In this document: piece by piece, positions 56,910 to 64,000 of the stretch
How the letters are laid out: every line of letters begins with the position of its first letter
Position numbering within the stretch: the first letter of the stretch is position 1
NCBI RefSeq assembly: GCF_001194135.2
Contig: NC_068990.1
Coordinates: forward strand, 82,718,543-82,782,542
Source of the DNA: Octopus bimaculoides
Lineage: Eukaryota
Reading direction: 5' to 3'
DNA: 64,000 nucleotides
Notes under the pieces: generated by a model
The model's database searches: none
Told to the model about the DNA's origin: nothing
What the model saw: the letters and a program-made list of their open reading frames with translations, nothing else
Made by a program: the position numbers and the translations under genes

Positions 56910-57045
56910 GTGGTGATGGAGATGCTCATCGGGATGATGGTGATGATGGCGACGACGACGACGACGATGACGACGACGACGACGATGCCGATGCGGACAA
57001 CAATGATGACGGCGAGGTGGAGGATCTTGAGAAAGAAGGATAGGC
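56285..57045. repeat. Degenerate (GAT/GAC/GGT)n trinucleotide array with an internal ~60-bp duplication
   Basis: GGTGATGACGAT...GGCGACGACGACTACGATGACGATGACGACGATG occurs at ~56564 and ~56711. Confidence 0.9.
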
Positions 57046-57335
57046 GGTGCAGGGTGCGTAGTGGCTGGTACGACGAAGTTGATGATGATAACGATATCTA
57101 AAAGTAAAAACAATAATATCAACAACACCAACAACAACTACAACAACACAAACAGCACTAGATTAAAGCGAAAGAATGTATTAAAGATAAGAAAATGGCT
57201 TTGAGCATTGCAAAAGTTATGTTTAGTGAAATTAGTAATTCAGATAGAATATTGCTTGCTGCAGACTAATACATAAGCGTTTTCAAAAGTTATTCTATTT
57301 ACGAATATTTACACCCATGAATATTCCCACACTTT

Positions 57336-57339
<4 letters not shown>

Positions 57340-57419
<80 letters not shown>

Positions 57420-57432
57420 CTCTCTCTCTCTG

Positions 57433-57481
<49 letters not shown>

Positions 57482-57490
57482 ATATATATA
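57340..57490. repeat. (TC)n-(TCTA)n-(TA)n compound microsatellite
   Basis: Direct reading. Confidence 0.95.
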
Positions 57491-57807
57491 TATCCATTCT
57501 CTATCTGTATATCTCTCTTTCAATCAGTTTCTTTCATTCTCTCTCTTTCTCTCTCGTTCTCTCTCACTTCATCTTTATGTATAAATAGATATGTACGCTC
57601 ACGTCTGTTTCCTTTCGTTTTGTACTTACATTATAGATAAATACATATTATACATATAAACTATAAATAGTATATATAAATATAATAAATATAAATACAT
57701 ATATTATACATATATTATAAATAGATATTATACATATAAATATATGTGAGTGTGTGCGGGTGTGAGTGAAAGATCGAGAGAGAGAGAGAGATAGAGAGAG
57801 AACGTAT

Positions 57808-57857
<50 letters not shown>

Positions 57858-57936
57858 TACATATATAAATCACTACGATGATCTAAGTATTAACCATTGT
57901 TATGATTACAATAGATATTATTTTTAACATCACTCA

Positions 57937-58110
57937 AGCGACCAGGTAGCAGAATCGCTAGGTTCTGAGTTCAAATTCCACTAAGGTCGATTTTGGCGTT
58001 CATCCTTTCTGGGTCGATAGAATAAGTACTAGCGGAATACTGGAGTCGATGTCATCGACTTACCCACTACACACAAAATTGCTGACCTTCTGACCAAATT
58101 TCCAATCATC
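57937..58110 (+). mobile_element. Diverged short SINE with head deletion
   Basis: GTTCTGAGTTCAAATTCCACTAAGGTCGATTTTGGCGTTCATCCTTTCTGGGTCGATAGAATAAGTAC...CTGGAGTCGATGTCATCGACT matches 26828-27062. Confidence 0.8.
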
Positions 58111-58120
58111 ATTATTGATA

Positions 58121-58566
58121 GGAGTGGCTGTGTAGTAAGTAAGTTGCTTACAAACCACATGGTTCCGGGATCAGTCCCACTGCGTGGCATCTTGGGCAAG
58201 TGTCTTCTACTATAGCCTCGGGCCGACCAAAGCCTTGTGAGTGGATTTGGTAGACGGAAACTGAAAAAGCCCGTGTATATATGTATATATATTTATATAT
58301 GTGTGTGTCTGNNNNNNNNNNNNNNNNNNNNNNNNNNNNNNNNNNNNNNNNNNNNNNNNNNNNNNNNNNNNNNNNNNNNNNNNNNNNNNNNNNNNNCCCC
58401 CACAACATCGCTTGACAACCGATGCTGGTGTGTTTACGTCCCCGTAACGTAGCGGCTCGGCAAAAAGAGGCCGATAGAATAATTACTAGGCTTCCAAAGA
58501 ATAAGTCCTGGGGTCGATTTGCTCGACTAAAGGCAGTGCTCCAGCATGGCCGCAGTCAAATGACTG
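58121..58566 (+). mobile_element. Near full-length long-family SINE with internal microsatellite (gap inside)
   Basis: tRNA-like head, CTTGGGCAAGTGTCTTCTACTATAGCC body, and second half ending GCAGTCAAATGACTGA. Four other copies in the window. Confidence 0.92.
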
Positions 58567-58593
58567 ATTGACCGTTGACTGAACACTATTCAA

Positions 58594-58758
58594 TTTTTTT
58601 TCTCCGTGTTTTTCTCCTTGTCTCCGTATTCTTTCTGTTGAAGAGCGTAGCTCGAAACGTCAAAGACTTTCCGTATTCCCGAGCATCATACTAATATATA
58701 CTTTTGTTATTTACACCACCTGTCCTCGTCTGTTGTTATTTTTTGTATATTCTCCCAT
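58594..58758 (+). mobile_element. Second copy of the ~165-bp hammerhead-like unit
   Basis: Near-identical to 27611-27774. Starts with poly-T and ends in (TA)n. Confidence 0.75.
58630..58666 (+). ncRNA. Minimal type-I hammerhead-like motif with variant core CUGUUGA
   Basis: Identical to 27646-27682. Confidence 0.55.
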
Positions 58759-59680
58759 ATATATATAGTTAGGTGTAGATACTTATCTATTACCGGAGAA
58801 ATTGCATGCAAAATGGCAATATTTTCTGAAATTAAGTATAAGTTAGCACCGGATGTTTGTATTTTTCAGAGACTAATACTGATGCACTGCAGCAGGTACA
58901 GCAACGGTTAATACAACAGAATTTTGAAAAGAGAAAAGGGAAAAACTTTCCAAGGTTTGTAATTATATTTAGATTAGTTTTATCAACGGAAAATGTTACT
59001 GGGAGCAATGAGTGTTATTAGAAAACACTGACAACATAGTAATAGTATTCTTGGAAGTTGTAGCACGATGTAGGCTGACCAAACAAGATATTTAGATTTG
59101 TTAATTCACTAGAGAGAAAAAGATGAATTCGTGTATAAAACCCAATACCGACACAATTGGCAACATTCATCCTAAAATCCACGCTGTTGGTTTTCTGTAT
59201 CTACAAAGACCTGAATACACAACGGAAGAATGAAAGAACAATTCTACAAGTCATTTTGGTCAACAAATAAATTATCTTGAGGATATCAGAACACCGACAG
59301 TTTTATAACGCGAGCCAAAGACTTAAGAACATAAAATCTTATTATGGCAGAAGCCGTGTCTGTCATGGATGGATAAGAAATCCCCATTGGTCGAAAAACG
59401 CGCAAGAAATAGATAGGCTGAAGTAGCTTGCTGATTCTCCTTCCAGTTGGATAGAGAATTAAATATTTCCAGTCAGTAAGCAATTTTCGCCGTTTAGCAG
59501 CCACAAATTTTTATTGCAGGATCAAAATACGAATGGAAAATGGTTGAATCAAAGCCCCGCTTCATAAAAACGATGTTGCTGCTGCTGCTACCACTGTAAC
59601 TACTACCAATAACAACAATGACAACAACAACAAAAACAGCAACAACAACAACAACAACACCAATAATAATAATAATGATG

Positions 59681-59743
<63 letters not shown>

Positions 59744-60002
59744 GGTTCAAATTTTGCCTCAAGGGCAGAAATTTTGGGGGAGGGGATGACAACCCCCCCC
59801 CCCTATCTTTAAAAGAAAGGGAAAACAGAAACTAACGCAATACAATATCGGGAAATGTTTGCACACTGCCAACAACAAAAGAGAACACACAATGCTACAC
59901 AGGTGATGCAGTAGAAATTTCCCAGAAACTATAAAATGTTAAACAATAACAACAACAATAATAATAATAATAATAATAATTATTATTATTATTAACATCA
60001 TT

Positions 60003-60029
<27 letters not shown>

Positions 60030-60033
<4 letters not shown>

Positions 60034-60348
60034 TATTATGTTTGACTTTTGCTTTGCATTTGTACAAGTTGGATCCAAGTCTCACCCAGAGACCTCACGA
60101 GACAACAAGTTAGAAGTTCATGTGGGTGTTATGCCTAGGGTACCATATATTTCGATTTGTAAATAGTGTTGTTCTAGAGAATGTTTAAGAAACCATAAGA
60201 AAATTATGTGTTTGTTTTAAAATTTGAGATCACATAGACAGTATTTTACGTAGGATATGGGCAGTTCCCATGAGCACTATCTTTTGAACTTCAGCCATTT
60301 TGGGGTTTCCTGGTATCTGAGCTAGGTAGTAATCAGCCCGTTTCGCTG

Positions 60349-60350
<2 letters not shown>
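60030..60350 (-). mobile_element. Extreme 3' end of an R4/Dong-type LINE with 3' UTR and (AAT)n tail
   Basis: AKRADYYLAQIPGNPKMAEVQKIVLMGTAHILRKILSM* matches the IPG...ExQKxxLLGTAxILR terminus. Confidence 0.85.
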
Positions 60351-60406
<56 letters not shown>

Positions 60407-61174
60407 TAATATTATTATTATTATCATTATTATTCAGGGATCTTTTGAGCAGGATGGGCTACTCGACCTAAAGAAAATTCTAACTGGGCCTCACTGTCAA
60501 GGTCGTGCGCTGTTTATCTTTATGTGAGATCACGCATGTGCCTAGTGTAGCCTTATCAGACAGGTAGTCATGATGGGTAATTGAGATTCGTATAATTGTA
60601 CCACAGTGTTACCGTGAAGGCATGCACTTCTCTCCCACTCAATAGTAATGATAAAAACACTGTCAGGCACTTTTGAACATCATGGTGAATAACTTCAAAT
60701 TCTACGTTTGCATTTGAGCAAAATAACTAATAGGCATCTCACATAAAATTAGAAATGTGGCCAAAGCGAGATTTCCATTGAAAATAATTAGGTTTCCTAG
60801 CATTCTTAGATAACTTCAAGCTCCGGAATACGGCTATAAAGCCAACACACCATACACGAAACGTTTGTTTCCAGTCTTTACTATAATGAAGCAACTTTCA
60901 AAAAGCAGCCCTATGGTACAAGGTCGCATCAGAAGAGTTGAGTTTAAAGAATATTATAACCTGTATTGATTTAAAGATAGGTAGGCTGAAGACATATATA
61001 AGAACATATCCTGGTATAACTTAGATCAATTAGACAGGTTTCGGCCAGTGTAGGGTTAGGCGTTGTCTAAATTAATAGTACCACCTGGTATAAACCACCA
61101 TACTACAATAGTGTGGCCCAAATGAGGACTAGGCGTTTTCTGAAAACAGTGACTAACCCACTTTCCCCACATAT

Positions 61175-61225
<51 letters not shown>

Positions 61226-62041
61226 NNNNNNNNNNNNNNNNNNNNNNNNNNNNNNNNNNNNNNNNNNNNNNNNNNNNNNNNNNNNNNNNNNNNNNNNNNN
61301 NNNNNNNNTATATATATATATATATGTATATATATACATGCATCCCGAAACCGACATTGGGTTGCGACATACTTCTTGAGGATCGCCGTAATCTATTAGA
61401 CATTGGCAACATAGGTAACGGATGTTGAATTGTTGATGATGATGATGATGATGATGACGATGATGATGATGACGATGATGATGATAACGATGATGATGAT
61501 GATGGTGATGATGATGACATGTGCTAGTCTATGTGAGCCACACACACACACATATATTGATCTCATGTTTCTCTATGTACGTGCGTAGAATATCACATGC
61601 GTAGAACATTTTTTTCCCTGATTATACACGATTATGTCAGAATTACTCTCAGTACCCTTCCGAAATTGTATTCATAATTCAAGGAGGATGTATTACTTGT
61701 AGCCGAAGTACATTGTTGTAAGCGACTAAAATGCGACACAGATTTCCTTATACTGAATATCGAAGACAAAGCTCAGGAACGATTTACATTCAGCCCATCC
61801 TCCTGCTAACACTTATTGATCTCGAACAAAAACGTGAACGTAAGAAATCGAAGGTTACCATATGTAATATCTGTACCTTGTTATTAAATACGTGTAATGC
61901 TATACCACGTATTATATTACTAAGAAGGAAAAAAATATGTAACAAAAAATTCGCTCTATCGATATAAATGTATCTCTGGGAATGTTTTTATGCATGCATG
62001 TAAATATGTATAAACACACACACAAACACACACATACACAA

Positions 62042-62118
<77 letters not shown>

Positions 62119-62662
62119 TACAAACATACACATATCCACACGTATATAGTTCATGTGGCAGGTAAGGGCCTTGACACTGCCCAAGTCTCGTACCTATGGA
62201 ATAAAACAGAATGCGCAAGAAACGGGGAAACCCGAACCTTTGTCTTACTCAAACGCGGAGGAATATCTCCGTGACTCCAGAACTATTTATTATTGCCAGC
62301 GTATATGTAGTGTCTATAACTTCAAATCTCCTTACGTTTTCCTGATGAAAAATTTTACAGCTCTACCATCATTACGTACGCACATAAATAGAAGACTAAA
62401 GAAATTCGCATATACGTAATGTGATTACTTAAATCTATGTATATAAATGTGCGTAAGTGTATTTGATTAAAGACGTACACATCTCCTTAATAGGTTTTCT
62501 TATATCATAAAACACTTTTAGCGCCAAGAAAATGTTAGAGATAAGTTTAGGAAATCAAAAATCCATCTTGGTAGGTATTTGATATATACTTATTTGACTT
62601 ACTTGTTAAAATACCCGCGTGTGGCTTATATGGCTTATATTTGAACACACGCATACAAAGAA

Positions 62663-62693
<31 letters not shown>

Positions 62694-62879
62694 CATGGAT
62701 ACATATAAATACATATATATATATATACTAAATATGGGGGTTTAGTTCACCGGTAATCTAAACGACTAGGTACGCTGGGTAAGTGTTGTAATGAATTACT
62801 AGGGTTCCAATGTTATAGCTGAGACTGTAGTTATGGAGACATTTCAGATTTTAGATATAGCGGATATATAATTGTTAAA

Positions 62880-63070
62880 GACGGGTGAAATGTTTAGCGT
62901 TATTTCGTCTGTTTTTACGCTTTGAGTTCAAATTCCGCCGAGTTCAACATTACATTTGATCCTTTCGAGATCGATAAACAAAGTATCAGTTGAGCACTGG
63001 GGTCGATTTAATCGACTGGCTGGGCCCCTTCCCCCAAAACGTCGGGCCTTCTGCCCAGAGCAGAAAAGAG
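62880..63070 (+). mobile_element. Short SINE copy lacking the first ~25 nt
   Basis: TTTGAGTTCAAATTCCGCCGAG...GATCCTTTCGAGATCGATAAA...CACTGGGGTCGATTTAATCGACT matches 26828-27062. Confidence 0.82.
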
Positions 63071-63672
63071 TATGGGGGAATACTGCAGTAAGTATCACAG
63101 TTTCTTTCTCTTTTACTCCATCAATTCTGAAATGAAATAAGTATTTACTTTAATTTTTTCCCAACAAATACTTTCTTTCATAGAGCACTGTTTTTCGCAT
63201 TCTGAAGCAAAAATGAAAAATACAGCCTGATTTAGATGATGTATCATTTCATAACAAACTTGAAACAAACGCATTTATTCCAAATGTGCTAAACTTAGAG
63301 TTAATATTAAAGATAAAAGAACAATGGAAAACATAAGTAAACAGAATACCTTCAGTTTCTGTTGCCTTATTGTTACGTATGACAATGCAAGAAAGCGCAT
63401 ATGATGATAGTTAAATTTTCAGTATTTAATACAGTGACTGATGTAGCAGACATAGGTGATGTAAAAAAAAAAGTGTAACTGTACACAAGCAATAGCAAAA
63501 TGCAACGACAGTTCAACATATACGGCAGAAAATACGTATAACAACTTTACCATCTTATAGTGTTGTTAGGTTTTTATGTGCGTTATCTTTCTAACGATTA
63601 CCGTATTACTTCGGCGAGCATCTGGGTGGGTGTATATTCATATGTATATACATATCTATCTATCTATCTATA

Positions 63673-64000
63673 GACAGAAACAGAGTAGAGGGTGAACTAG
63701 TTAAGAAGCTAGAAGAGGCAATTAGAAGTGGCATCGCATCCGACGTTTTGGCGGCGAGGTTGGCCCTTGACCAACACTTCAACGCCAAACACGAAGGGTG
63801 CGTTGTCAGGGCTAGGATGCGTGCTCTAAGAAACGAAGGTGTTGGAGCCGCACGAGAGGCCCGGGTGGCGGAGGCGCAACAGGGCAACAAAGCCACCATT
63901 CGGTCTCTGGTGGACGAACAGGGGCGCGAACTGCTCGAGCCAAGCAAAATGTGTGAGGCCTTTCAGCGGCACTTTGCTCGACTGTTTGGGACGAATGGCG
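63673..64000 (+). mobile_element. L1/Tx1-like retrotransposon ORF2 fragment (linker between endonuclease and RT), open to the window edge
   Basis: Stop-free 109-codon frame DRNRVEGELVKKLEEAIRSG...GCVVRARMRALRNEG...TIRSLVDEQGRELLEPSKMCEAFQRHFARLFG, matching the RxR..W..EG...IxxLxDxxG.....FYxxLF pattern. GC content is far above the flanks. Confidence 0.8.

Noticed and set aside
61030-61070. TTAGACA...TGTCTAA hairpin enclosing GGCC-GAAAC on the minus strand (hammerhead-like)
   Set aside because: The CUGANGA box is absent; at best a decayed remnant.

Overview
AT-rich, gap-riddled eukaryotic genomic DNA with very dense simple repeats (TA, CA/TG, AAT, GAT, GATA, CATA, TC). The repeat families look to me like those of an octopus draft assembly (recognition from memory, not a search). 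No complete protein-coding gene, tRNA/rRNA gene or CRISPR array can be supported. Almost all long ORFs in the track are microsatellite or N-gap artefacts. The only recognisable proteins are transposon remnants: a mariner transposase, a CR1/L2/Jockey-group 3' end, three fragments of R4/Dong-type LINEs, an RTE 3' end and an L1/Tx1-like ORF2 running off the right edge. At least three tRNA-headed SINE families are present in several copies. The best unexplained signal is three minimal type-I hammerhead-ribozyme-like motifs in short Penelope/retrozyme-like units. One has a canonical core (6803-6849, minus strand). Two near-identical copies share a CUGUUGA core variant (27646-27682 and 58630-58666). 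Other items worth checking are a diverged 184-bp local duplication at 16.5/17.3 kb, shared SINE/LINE 3' tails, an Asp-rich frame at 56.7 kb and several unverified candidate exons. I see no firm evidence for a new multi-gene system.
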